From: an uncultured Muribaculaceae bacterium
Lineage (GTDB): Bacteria > Bacillota_I > Bacilli_A > RF39 > UBA660
DNA: 35,225 nucleotides
Direction of reading: 5' to 3'
Assembly: GCA_964465245.1 (NCBI GenBank)
Contig: CAYXHQ010000001.1
Span: 1-35,225 of the forward strand
Shown here: piece by piece, positions 10,000-17,255 of the stretch
Position numbering within the stretch: position 1 is the stretch's first letter
Layout: each line of letters starts with the position of its first letter
Position numbers and translations under genes: made by a program
Notes under the pieces: model-generated
Told to the model about the DNA's origin: nothing
Databases searched by the model: none
Seen by the model: only the letters and a program-made list of their open reading frames with translations

Positions 10000-10390
10000 A
10001 TTCTATTTCTATTCTTTTCTTGTGATCTTTTTGATCAAGTACTGGAAGAGAAACTTTTAGAACACCATCATTGAAACTAGCTTTTATGTTTTCTTTATCT
10101 ACATTTCCAACATAAAATTGTCTTTTGATTTTTCCGTAAGTTCTTTCTCTTCTGATGTAGTTTTTGCTTTTGTCTTCATTCTCATAATTTTTAGATGCTT
10201 CAATAGTTAAATAACCATCTTCGCAATCAATCATGATGTCTTTCTTATCAAATCCTGGAATATCCATTTCAACATGGTAATTACCGTCTTTTTCGTAAAT
10301 ATCACATTTCATTGTCCCAAAAGATTTATCTTCTTTCATAAAATCGTCTAGAAGATCATCAAAATAGAATTTACTTGGTAAAAAACTCAT
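9998..10390 (-). CDS. Small heat-shock protein, Hsp20/alpha-crystallin family
   Basis: DIYEKDGNYHVEMDIPGFDKKDI ... SFNDGVLKVSLP. RBS GAAGGAGGAG. Confidence 0.9.
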   Translation of the reverse strand: MSFLPSKFYFDDLLDDFMKEDKSFGTMKCDIYEKDGNYHVEMDIPGFDKKDIMIDCEDGYLTIEASKNYENEDKSKNYIRRERTYGKIKRQFYVGNVDKENIKASFNDGVLKVSLPVLDQKDHKKRIEIE

Positions 10391-10413
10391 TTCTTACTCC
10401 TCCTTCAAATAAT

Positions 10414-10442
10414 AATATACTCTCATAATTAGCACTTGTCAA
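10414..10442 (-). promoter_or_regulatory. Sigma-A promoter of hsp20 interleaved with CIRCE
   Basis: On the minus strand, TTGACA (10442-10437, inside the CIRCE spacer), 17 nt, TATATT (10419-10414). Confidence 0.55.
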
Positions 10443-10455
10443 TAGCAAGTGCTAA
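10429..10455 (-). promoter_or_regulatory. CIRCE (HrcA operator) inverted repeat
   Basis: TTAGCACTT-N9-AAGTGCTAA compared with consensus TTAGCACTC-N9-GAGTGCTAA. It lies 39 nt upstream of the hsp20 ATG. Confidence 0.8.
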
Positions 10456-10524
10456 TTTTTGACAAAAATTTTTAATTTAGTAGCATTTATTTATATTTAT
10501 GATAAAATATTTTCTTATAAGGCG

Positions 10525-11202
10525 GTGATACTTATTAAAAGACTTAATATATTTGTAGATGAAACAGGAGAATTTGGATGTAAAGCTAATTCATCGGAAC
10601 TTTATGGTGTATCTTTTACTTTTCATGAGCATGAGGACGATATACTTCCAGAATTAAATAAACTAAATGATAGATTACAAAGAATAGGATATACTGGCAT
10701 GATACATATGGCAGATTTAATTATGAGAAGAGGTGACTATAAAAATTTTAATATTAAAACAAGGAAAAGCATATTTAATGCAATTTATCAATTTTCGAGA
10801 AAAATACCTGTTAAATATTGCTCTATATTAATTAATAAAAATTTTATAAATAATAAAAGTCAGTTAAGACAAAAAATAGCTGTTGAAATAAACAAAATTA
10901 TTAATAAATACGAAAAATACTTTGAGAAATTTGACATTATAATAATGTATTATGATAATGGCCAAGAAACTTTAGGAATTATATTAGAATCAATTTTTTC
11001 TAGGTTTACTGGATTTGAACATAGGGAGAAATTTAATCATAAAGAAAAAAGATTATTTCAAGTATCAGATATGCTAACATTTATTGATAAGTATGATTAT
11101 AAATATAAAAATAAGTTGACATTTACAAATGGAGAAAATTATTTTTTTACCCAAGAAGATATTAGAAAAATATTAAGAGAGTTAAACAAAAAAAGATTTT
11201 AA
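10525..11202 (+). CDS. DUF3800 domain protein
   Basis: NIFVDETGEF near the N-terminus and LFQVSDMLTFI near the C-terminus match the DUF3800 DE..G / Q.AD pattern. The start is uncertain (GTG 10525; range 10459-10534). Confidence 0.65.
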   Translation: MILIKRLNIFVDETGEFGCKANSSELYGVSFTFHEHEDDILPELNKLNDRLQRIGYTGMIHMADLIMRRGDYKNFNIKTRKSIFNAIYQFSRKIPVKYCSILINKNFINNKSQLRQKIAVEINKIINKYEKYFEKFDIIIMYYDNGQETLGIILESIFSRFTGFEHREKFNHKEKRLFQVSDMLTFIDKYDYKYKNKLTFTNGENYFFTQEDIRKILRELNKKRF

Positions 11203-11204
11203 TT

Positions 11205-11232
11205 AAAAAAGCAACCTAACGGTTACTTTTTT
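11205..11232. terminator. A6-hairpin-T6 bidirectional terminator-like element
   Basis: AAAAAA-GCAACC-taac-GGTTAC-TTTTTT. The imperfect pair is a G-U wobble on the minus strand and a C-A mismatch on the plus strand. Confidence 0.45.
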
Positions 11233-11234
11233 AA

Positions 11235-11265
11235 GCGGCGCTTGGCGCCAACACGGGTTTGATCC
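11235..11265. other. Isolated GC-rich block: GGCGC-ttg-GCGCC hairpin plus a tRNA-3'-end-like string
   Basis: The minus strand reads GGATCAAACCCGTGTTGGCGCCA, which is T-loop-like plus acceptor-like plus CCA. No complete cloverleaf can be built. Confidence 0.3.
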
Positions 11266-11272
11266 ATTATAT

Positions 11273-11315
11273 TAATAATAGACCAATTGTAGATATTATA
11301 TCTACAATATTATTA
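11273..11315. repeat. Inverted repeat with a perfect 21-nt palindromic core
   Basis: TTGTAGATAT-T-ATATCTACAA at 11287-11307. The arms extend by 8 more bp (11273-11280 / 11308-11315) across a 5-nt bulge. Confidence 0.6.
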
Positions 11316-11414
11316 TATACACTTTTCAAAGAAATTATATCGTATAAAATTATTGTTGTAAATAATTTTAAAGAATTGTTTCTTTGTAATTAAGTAGTTT
11401 ACATTAAAATTTTT

Positions 11415-11453
11415 AAAAAATCAAGAAGAATTTGGTAATAACTTGATTTTTTT
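11415..11453. terminator. A-run/hairpin/T-run element downstream of the XRE gene
   Basis: AAAAAATCAAG ... CTTGATTTTTTT with a 16-nt loop. Confidence 0.45.
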
Positions 11454-11469
11454 AATAAATAAAATATTA

Positions 11470-11706
11470 TTATAAAGACTTTAACAAATCAGTAATATCA
11501 ACATTTAATTTATTTGCAATAACTCCTAGAGTTTCAATAGAAATAGTAGCATCTACTTTAGCTGATTCTAAATTTCTCAAATATCCATATGAAAGATTAC
11601 AAAGTTCTGCTAATGCTTTAGCAGTTAGTCCTTTTTCCTTGCGTATTCTTTTTATATTTTTGCTAATCGTTAAATAAATTTTATATCTATTAGTATTAAT
11701 ATCCAC
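11470..11706 (-). CDS. XRE (Cro/CI-type) HTH transcriptional regulator
   Basis: IKRIRKEKGLTAKALAELCNLSYGYLRNLES. GTG start preceded by AGAGGTGA. Confidence 0.85.
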   Translation of the reverse strand: MDINTNRYKIYLTISKNIKRIRKEKGLTAKALAELCNLSYGYLRNLESAKVDATISIETLGVIANKLNVDITDLLKSL

Positions 11707-11846
11707 TACTATTCACCTCTTATATTTTCTCATAAAGAGAGCACTTAAAAAGTCATTCTATAAATGACTAATTTTAAATTATATTATTATGTTTTTTGGT
11801 AAATTTTGGAAAAATGTACTTTTAGTAAACAAAAATGATAAATAAA

Positions 11847-11875
11847 TTGACATTAAGCTACATAAATTGTATTAT
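11847..11875 (+). promoter_or_regulatory. Sigma-A promoter for the HAAS-domain gene
   Basis: TTGACA (11847-11852), 17 nt ending in TG, TATTAT (11870-11875). Confidence 0.6.
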
Positions 11876-11901
11876 ATCTTTGTATTTAAGGGAGGTATAT
11901 T

Positions 11902-12990
11902 GTGACTAGAAGAGATAAATTTTTAGAAAAGTTAGAAAGCGCATTAATAGATTTTGGACTAAAAGATACTAGTGTTATTACTGAAAAATATAAAAATCTA
12001 ATTGATTTAAAAATAAGTAAAAATGTTAGTATTGAAAATATTTTAAGTTCTCTTGATACTCCCGAAGAAATTGCATACGAAGAAATTGCTAAAATGAATA
12101 GACAAGAAAAGGCAGTAGATATTAAAAATAATATTAAATCTAAATTTAAATCTACTACTGAGAAAATAAAAAATTCTATTAAAAAGATAAAAGAAATTAA
12201 ATTTGATAAATTATTTAAGAAAAAAGCAAAGAAAATTAAAAATAAAGTAAAAAAGAATAAGAAAACTGTTTCTTCTGTTACCAAAAAGATTAAAAATTTA
12301 AAAACTGTGCAGATTTCTAAAAGAAAAAAAGTATGGTTAACTATCTTAGAAATAGTATTATTTATAGTTTTGTTTTATGTATCTACTGTTTTTATGGCAT
12401 CTGTTTTTGCACTACTGGATGGAGTTAAAATATATGGAGTATGTGCATTACTTTTTTCATTAGTAGCGTCTTTTATATTTGCATTAGACCAAGTTGATAA
12501 GAAAAAACGTGGTATTCCAATTGAACATAAAAAAACATTTTATATAATTTTATCTTTAATAGTATTAGCATCTTTAAGTGTTGGATTTACAATATATAAT
12601 TATTTTGAATATAACTTTATAAATGATGTAAGTGAAAAATATTCAATGACTTATAAAACATTTGAATACAGATTCCCTAAAAAAGGTAAAAAATTAAATT
12701 TATATTTTAATAATTGGTATAAACCGTCTTACATAATTGAATATGACGCTGAACTAAAAGACAGAGTAAAAGTAGATGTAAAATATTATGAAGCATTTTA
12801 TGACTTAAACATTAAAAATGAAACAGGAAGTATTTATTTATCACTTTCTACTGATACTAGAGATTTGATAAGTATGTATATTGATAATATGAAAGAATAC
12901 AAGATATATAATGAAAAAGAATTAAGCAGATACATTGTTAAAATATATGTTAATGAAGAAGACAAGGATAGACTAGTTATTTATGACTAG
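11902..12990 (+). CDS. HAAS/DUF1700-domain membrane protein with a Lys-rich linker, about 4 TM helices and a C-terminal extracytoplasmic domain
   Basis: The N-terminus RRDKFLEKLESAL..FGLKD..ITEKYKNLI....SIENILSSLDTPEEIAYEE fits the DUF1700 pattern. GTG start after AGGGAGG. Confidence 0.7.
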   Translation: MTRRDKFLEKLESALIDFGLKDTSVITEKYKNLIDLKISKNVSIENILSSLDTPEEIAYEEIAKMNRQEKAVDIKNNIKSKFKSTTEKIKNSIKKIKEIKFDKLFKKKAKKIKNKVKKNKKTVSSVTKKIKNLKTVQISKRKKVWLTILEIVLFIVLFYVSTVFMASVFALLDGVKIYGVCALLFSLVASFIFALDQVDKKKRGIPIEHKKTFYIILSLIVLASLSVGFTIYNYFEYNFINDVSEKYSMTYKTFEYRFPKKGKKLNLYFNNWYKPSYIIEYDAELKDRVKVDVKYYEAFYDLNIKNETGSIYLSLSTDTRDLISMYIDNMKEYKIYNEKELSRYIVKIYVNEEDKDRLVIYD

Positions 12991-13358
12991 TTTTTTAATT
13001 TGTTTATTTCTTCATTCATTTTATTAATAGATTTTTTGATTAAATCCATAGATGAATTATATCCATTAGGGTCCATGTTTTTAAGAACTTCCATGAGTGT
13101 TGGGATGTCATATACTAAGGGATTATAAACAGATTTAATTCTTTTTGAATTAATATTTGTAAAAGGTGGATTTGCTCTTGTTTGTATAACGTTTTGATTA
13201 GCTGCGTTTGTTACTAATACTTGTGCGGTAAGCATTAATCCATTTCCTAACGCATTTTGTTCTTGAGCTGTTAAATCTCCGATTAATACTAATCCTATAA
13301 TTGTATATGCAACAGTAGATACAAAAGGATTTGTATCAAATATATCTTGTTCACCCAT
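12987..13358 (-). CDS. Hypothetical 123-aa protein
   Basis: Non-repetitive ORF with the motif LTAQEQNALGNGLMLTAQVL. No Shine-Dalgarno. Its stop overlaps the convergent HAAS gene stop within CTAG. Confidence 0.5.
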   Translation of the reverse strand: MGEQDIFDTNPFVSTVAYTIIGLVLIGDLTAQEQNALGNGLMLTAQVLVTNAANQNVIQTRANPPFTNINSKRIKSVYNPLVYDIPTLMEVLKNMDPNGYNSSMDLIKKSINKMNEEINKLKN

Positions 13359-13441
13359 GTTAAAACTTATGTCAAATGTAATAAATATATTTTAATAATG
13401 CTTAAAATTATAGTATAATAACATATAAGGAGGAAATTATT

Positions 13442-13981
13442 ATGGAATTTAAAGGAAGCAGAACAGAAGCAAACTTAATGGCCGCTTTCGCAGGTGAGAG
13501 TCAAGCTAGAAATAAGTATGATTATTATGCTAGTAAAGCAAAAAAAGATGGTTATGAACAAATTGCTGCGATTTTTGAATTAACTGCTAAAAACGAAAAA
13601 GAACATGCTAAGCTTTGGTTTAAAGCACTTCATGGAGGAGACATCCCCGGAACAGAAGCAAATTTGATAGATGCTGCTAATGGCGAAAATTTTGAGTGGA
13701 CAGAAATGTACAAAGAGTTCGCACAAGAGGCTCATGCTGAAGGTTTTGAAGATATAGCTACACTTTTTGAAGGAGTAGGAGCAATAGAAAAAGAACATGA
13801 AGAAAGATATTTAAAATTACTTTCAAATGTTAAAGATGAAATTGTATTCAAAAAAGACGAAGAAGTAATTTGGATTTGTAGAAACTGTGGACATGTTTAT
13901 AGATCAAAAGAAGCATTAGAATTATGTCCGGTATGTAAACATCCTAAATCTTTTATGGAAGTAAAAGCTGAAAATTATTAA
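13442..13981 (+). CDS. rbr: Rubrerythrin
   Basis: Ferritin-like diiron ExxH motifs plus a C-terminal rubredoxin CRNC..CPVC. RBS AAGGAGG. Confidence 0.95.
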   Translation: MEFKGSRTEANLMAAFAGESQARNKYDYYASKAKKDGYEQIAAIFELTAKNEKEHAKLWFKALHGGDIPGTEANLIDAANGENFEWTEMYKEFAQEAHAEGFEDIATLFEGVGAIEKEHEERYLKLLSNVKDEIVFKKDEEVIWICRNCGHVYRSKEALELCPVCKHPKSFMEVKAENY

Positions 13982-13993
13982 TATATAAAATAA

Positions 13994-14019
13994 AAAAGAT
14001 ACGGCGGAGTATCTTTTTT
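13994..14019 (+). terminator. rbr intrinsic terminator
   Basis: AAAAGATAC-ggcgga-GTATCTTTT followed by TT. Confidence 0.85.
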
Positions 14020-14198
14020 ATTGTGTTGTTGAACACATTTGCGAATATTTGTCCTAAAAAGGACATTATTAATATAACTCAAAAGCCATTAAAAGTAAAC
14101 AATTTTTAACAAAATTTTTAAAAAAATTCAATTTTTTTGCTATTTTTCACTATAAATCTTAATTTTCATATAATAATTTATGAAGGTTAGAGATTTTT

Positions 14199-14429
14199 AT
14201 GAATTTACTAAAAACCGAAATTGATGAAAATTATATTATAAAAAATATAGATATAAGTGGTATTGAAGAAAAAAGATTGTATAGTTTAGGAATTACACTG
14301 GGTGTAATTATTAAAAAAATTTATGTATGTGAATTGTCAGAAAAAAGCATATATCAAATTAAAAATTCTGCTTTCGTAATAGATAAGGACACTGCAAAAT
14401 ATATTGAGGTGGAAAGTATATATGAATAA
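14199..14429 (+). CDS. feoA: FeoA-family small protein
   Basis: 76 aa with ..EEKRLYSLGITLGVIIKKI....IKNSAFVIDKDTAKYIEV, matching the FeoA SH3-like pattern. Confidence 0.75.
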   Translation: MNLLKTEIDENYIIKNIDISGIEEKRLYSLGITLGVIIKKIYVCELSEKSIYQIKNSAFVIDKDTAKYIEVESIYE

Positions 14430-15876
14430 AGATAAATTAATTTTATTGACTGGAAAACCATATTCTTCAAAAAAATCTATTTTCTCACACTTGACTCGTA
14501 CATATTATTATAATAAAAAAAGTGAAATATTAATTGGAAAATATAAAGACTATATAATTTTTAATATGCCCGATATATATTCTATTACTTCATCAAATAA
14601 AGATGAAACAATATTTAGAGATATTCTTATGTTTGATGATATCTATCGAATTCTATTTGTCTCTAACATAAACAAGTTAGAAAGTGACCTATATCTATTA
14701 CTTCAAATACTTGAATTTAATAAAAATATAATTTTATGCATAGATATTTATAATAACGAATCTCTAATTGATACAAAATCATTAGAGAGTATACTAGGTA
14801 TTCCTATAATAATTTTTAATAGTAAAGATTACAAAAGTATTAAAAAACTAATATCAAATATTGATATAAATATAACTTCAGATTTTGAACTTAAATATTC
14901 TGATGCACTTGAATGCCATATAGAACATATCAGCAATTTACTTAATATAGATAATATTTATAAGAGAAATGTATCAATTAAATTACTTGAAGGAGATAAA
15001 TCTATTGTTAAAAGTTTTAAAGATAAATTAAATATAAACATTTTAACAACTGAAATTAATGATTATTTAAGAAATATAATATTTAGAGAAGTAATAAAAG
15101 AAATAAGTTTATCTATTAATAAAGAATGCAAAAAAATCAAAGAGAAAGTTGTTGTTGAAAAACAAAAAGAATTAGTATACAAAAGTTATAGTATATTAAA
15201 CGCATTTTTATTATCATTATTAATAATTTTTATTTTTCTTATTTCTAAGACAACTTCACTACTTATAAATAATAATTTTAATATCTTTTTTTCTTACATT
15301 TATTTTTTACTTTCTTCATTTATAGTGTCATATATTTTTAACTTTATCTATAATTATTTATTTAATAAAGGTTTAATACATAGATTATATTTTAGTATTA
15401 ATTCTGTGTTTAAAAAAAGTAAAATATTACCTTTTATTTTTGGTTTGGGTTATATTTATGACTTAAAATACATAGAAGATATAAAAGAAAAGAAAATACT
15501 AAGTATTACAAAATATTTAATGCCAAATTATTTTATAGTCTTAATACTTACAATACTTTTTGATAATATTTTGTTTGTATTTTCGATACTTACGTTATAT
15601 TTTTTTCTATTTTCAATGGTTAATAAAATTTTATCATATGTTCTATATAAAAATACTATTTTCTATACTACTTATGAAATGCCACCATTAAAAAGTGTGG
15701 ATTACTATTTATTTTTAAAAGAATCTTTTTTTCAAACTGAGTTTTTATTTCTAAAAATATTTAAATATACTTTTATACCATTTATATTGATAGTAATTTT
15801 TTTAAATACTTATATAAGTGGATATAATATTATGTATTATGTTATAGAGCTAATAAAAACCATTTTTAAAACATAA
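14422..15876 (+). CDS. FeoB-like membrane protein with degenerate G-domain motifs
   Basis: Collinear with FeoB (G-domain, helical LLEGD segment, polytopic C-terminus, EMPPLKS versus ELPxYxxP). The ATG at 14422 follows GAGGTGGAAAG and overlaps feoA by 8 nt. Confidence 0.7.
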   Translation: MNKDKLILLTGKPYSSKKSIFSHLTRTYYYNKKSEILIGKYKDYIIFNMPDIYSITSSNKDETIFRDILMFDDIYRILFVSNINKLESDLYLLLQILEFNKNIILCIDIYNNESLIDTKSLESILGIPIIIFNSKDYKSIKKLISNIDINITSDFELKYSDALECHIEHISNLLNIDNIYKRNVSIKLLEGDKSIVKSFKDKLNINILTTEINDYLRNIIFREVIKEISLSINKECKKIKEKVVVEKQKELVYKSYSILNAFLLSLLIIFIFLISKTTSLLINNNFNIFFSYIYFLLSSFIVSYIFNFIYNYLFNKGLIHRLYFSINSVFKKSKILPFIFGLGYIYDLKYIEDIKEKKILSITKYLMPNYFIVLILTILFDNILFVFSILTLYFFLFSMVNKILSYVLYKNTIFYTTYEMPPLKSVDYYLFLKESFFQTEFLFLKIFKYTFIPFILIVIFLNTYISGYNIMYYVIELIKTIFKT

Positions 15877-15913
15877 AAAATCACATTTATTTTATTAAAT
15901 GTGATTAATTTTT
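15875..15913. terminator. Bidirectional terminator shared by the FeoB-like gene and tRNA-Asn
   Basis: AAAAAA-AATCACATTTA-loop-TAAATGTGATT-AATTTTT. Confidence 0.75.
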
Positions 15914-15917
15914 AAAC

Positions 15918-15993
15918 TGGCGCCTGATATACGACTCGAACGTACGACCCAACGGTTAACAGCCGTTTGCTCTACCAACTGAGCTAATCAGGC
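15918..15993 (-). tRNA. tRNA-Asn (anticodon GTT), CCA encoded
   Basis: 76 nt. Acceptor GCCTGAT/ATCAGGC, D arm GCTC-AGTTGGTA-GAGC, anticodon arm AACGG-CTGTTAA-CCGTT, T arm GTACG-TTCGAGT-CGTAT, discriminator G plus CCA. Confidence 0.95.
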
Positions 15994-16007
15994 ATTTGCT
16001 AAATAGT

Positions 16008-16036
16008 ATTATAATAAATAAGGTATTGCTTGTCAA
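16008..16036 (-). promoter_or_regulatory. Consensus sigma-A promoter for tRNA-Asn
   Basis: On the minus strand, TTGACA (16036-16031), 17 nt, TATAAT (16013-16008). Confidence 0.7.
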
Positions 16037-16055
16037 TTGTTTTTATCAAAAATCT

Positions 16056-16084
16056 TTTACAAAAAAGATATTAAATGCTATAAT
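16056..16084 (+). promoter_or_regulatory. Sigma-A promoter for the AAA+ gene
   Basis: TTTACA (16056-16061), 17 nt, TATAAT (16079-16084). Confidence 0.6.
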
Positions 16085-16112
16085 AATTTTGATATTAGAA
16101 TGAAGAGGATTT

Positions 16113-17078
16113 ATGGAAAAAGAAATAGAAGTTTTAAGTTTTGATGAAGAACCCAAGCAAAATAGTGAAGGAATTTTAGAAACTTATGGAGAAAATTTAA
16201 CAAAGAAACAGTATTTGACAAATCCAGCAATTGCTAGAGATAATGAAATAAATGATTCTATTTTGATTTTACTTACTCCTGAGAAAAGTGCGATGTTAGT
16301 AGGAAAACCAGGTATTGGTAAAACTGCGATCGTTGAGGGACTCGCTTACAGAATGCAACAAGGAAGTGTGCCTGATGCATTAAAACACTATGAATTAATT
16401 AAAATAAATATTACAAGTTTAATAGGAAACACCACAAGCGGAGGAAGAACTGAGAATAGACTTCAACTACTAGTAGAAGAATTAAAACAAAGAAAGAACA
16501 TTATTCTATTTATAGATGAAGTTCATCTTTTAGTAAGTAGAAATACAACTAATTTAAATGTGGATTTCGCTAATATGTTAAAACCAGGACTTGACCGTGG
16601 AGATATAAAAATGATAGGTGCAACTACTACCGAAGAATATGAAGCATATATTTTAAGGGATAGAGCTTTCCTAAGAAGATTTCAAAAAGTTGATGTAATT
16701 GAACCTACGATGGAAAAAACAGTAGAAATTTTAATGGGAACATATCCTAAATTTGAAACTAAAACTGGAGTTAAACTAAATTATACTGATTTTCAAAAAG
16801 AAAAAATATTTAAATTTTTAGTTAATATGACTGATGAATACAAAAGGATATATGAAATAGGGAATAGATATCCAGATATTGCTCTAACTCTTGTTATGAA
16901 TGCATTCTCATTTGCTTTATTTGAAAATGCCAAGGAAGTTCACATTCGCCATTTCTATAAAGCAGTATGCCGAACTAAAGCAATTTATGAAGATGCTAAA
17001 GTAAAAGAAATAGAAGCATTCAAGGCGGAATTTAAAGATATAATTAATGATGAAAACATGGATATAAATGATAAATAA
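16113..17078 (+). CDS. Stand-alone Clp/Hsp100 D1-like AAA+ ATPase with a single nucleotide-binding domain
   Basis: Walker A GKPGIGKTAIVEGLA (16302-), Walker B ILFIDEVH, sensor-1 IGATT, RRFQ. No N-domain, M-domain or D2. Confidence 0.85.
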   Translation: MEKEIEVLSFDEEPKQNSEGILETYGENLTKKQYLTNPAIARDNEINDSILILLTPEKSAMLVGKPGIGKTAIVEGLAYRMQQGSVPDALKHYELIKINITSLIGNTTSGGRTENRLQLLVEELKQRKNIILFIDEVHLLVSRNTTNLNVDFANMLKPGLDRGDIKMIGATTTEEYEAYILRDRAFLRRFQKVDVIEPTMEKTVEILMGTYPKFETKTGVKLNYTDFQKEKIFKFLVNMTDEYKRIYEIGNRYPDIALTLVMNAFSFALFENAKEVHIRHFYKAVCRTKAIYEDAKVKEIEAFKAEFKDIINDENMDINDK

Positions 17079-17140
17079 AAAAATTTATCATTTTTTTAAA
17101 ATTTGTGTATTTTTACATTTTGTATTATTAGATTGTTCAT

Positions 17141-17204
17141 AAAATTAAGTTTTATACCTATAGGAATAAAATTGAGTTTTATGTGCTACAAAATTGAATT
17201 TTAG
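17141..17204 (+). repeat. Three direct repeats AAAATTrArTTTTAk upstream of the ABC operon promoter
   Basis: AAAATTAAGTTTTAT (17141-17155), AAAATTGAGTTTTAT (17168-17182), AAAATTGAATTTTAG (17190-17204). Start-to-start spacings are 27 and 22 nt. Confidence 0.55.
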
Positions 17205-17208
17205 CGAT

Positions 17209-17237
17209 TTGCATTCGTTTTTTTAGTGTGATATTAT
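17209..17237 (+). promoter_or_regulatory. Putative promoter of the ABC-2 operon
   Basis: TTGCAT (17209-17214), 17 nt, TATTAT (17232-17237), immediately 3' of the third repeat. Confidence 0.45.
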
Positions 17238-17255
17238 GCATGAGAAGGAGAGAAC

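Noticed and set aside
10459-10524. The TTG at 10459 as the start of the DUF3800 gene.
   Set aside because: It would add 22 hydrophobic or low-complexity residues before the conserved N-terminal DE.G motif, it abuts the CIRCE element, and it has no RBS. A start near 10525-10534, after AAGGCGG, is more plausible.
11886-12284. A 132-aa minus-strand ORF opposite the 5' part of the HAAS-domain gene.
   Set aside because: Its Phe/Leu/Ile-rich sequence is simply the mirror of the Lys-rich (AAA/AAG) linker codons on the plus strand. It has no RBS, and the plus-strand gene has a consensus promoter and RBS.
13359-14198. PerR or Fur operator boxes upstream of rubrerythrin and of feoA (for example TTATAGTATAATAA and TCATATAATAATTTA).
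   Set aside because: Matches to the 7-1-7 consensus sequences are no better than expected in AT-rich intergenic DNA. I could not find a convincing dyad.
11241-15993. The tRNA-like fragment at 11241-11263 and tRNA-Asn at 15918-15993 could be att direct repeats bounding a 4.7-kb island.
   Set aside because: The two sequences share only the terminal GGCGCCA. The T-arm portions differ completely, so they are not a duplicated attachment site.
15994-16112. A CtsR operator (tandem A/GGTCAAA heptads) upstream of the Clp-like AAA+ gene.
   Set aside because: No GGTCAAA heptad repeat is present. Only ordinary sigma-A promoter elements are seen.
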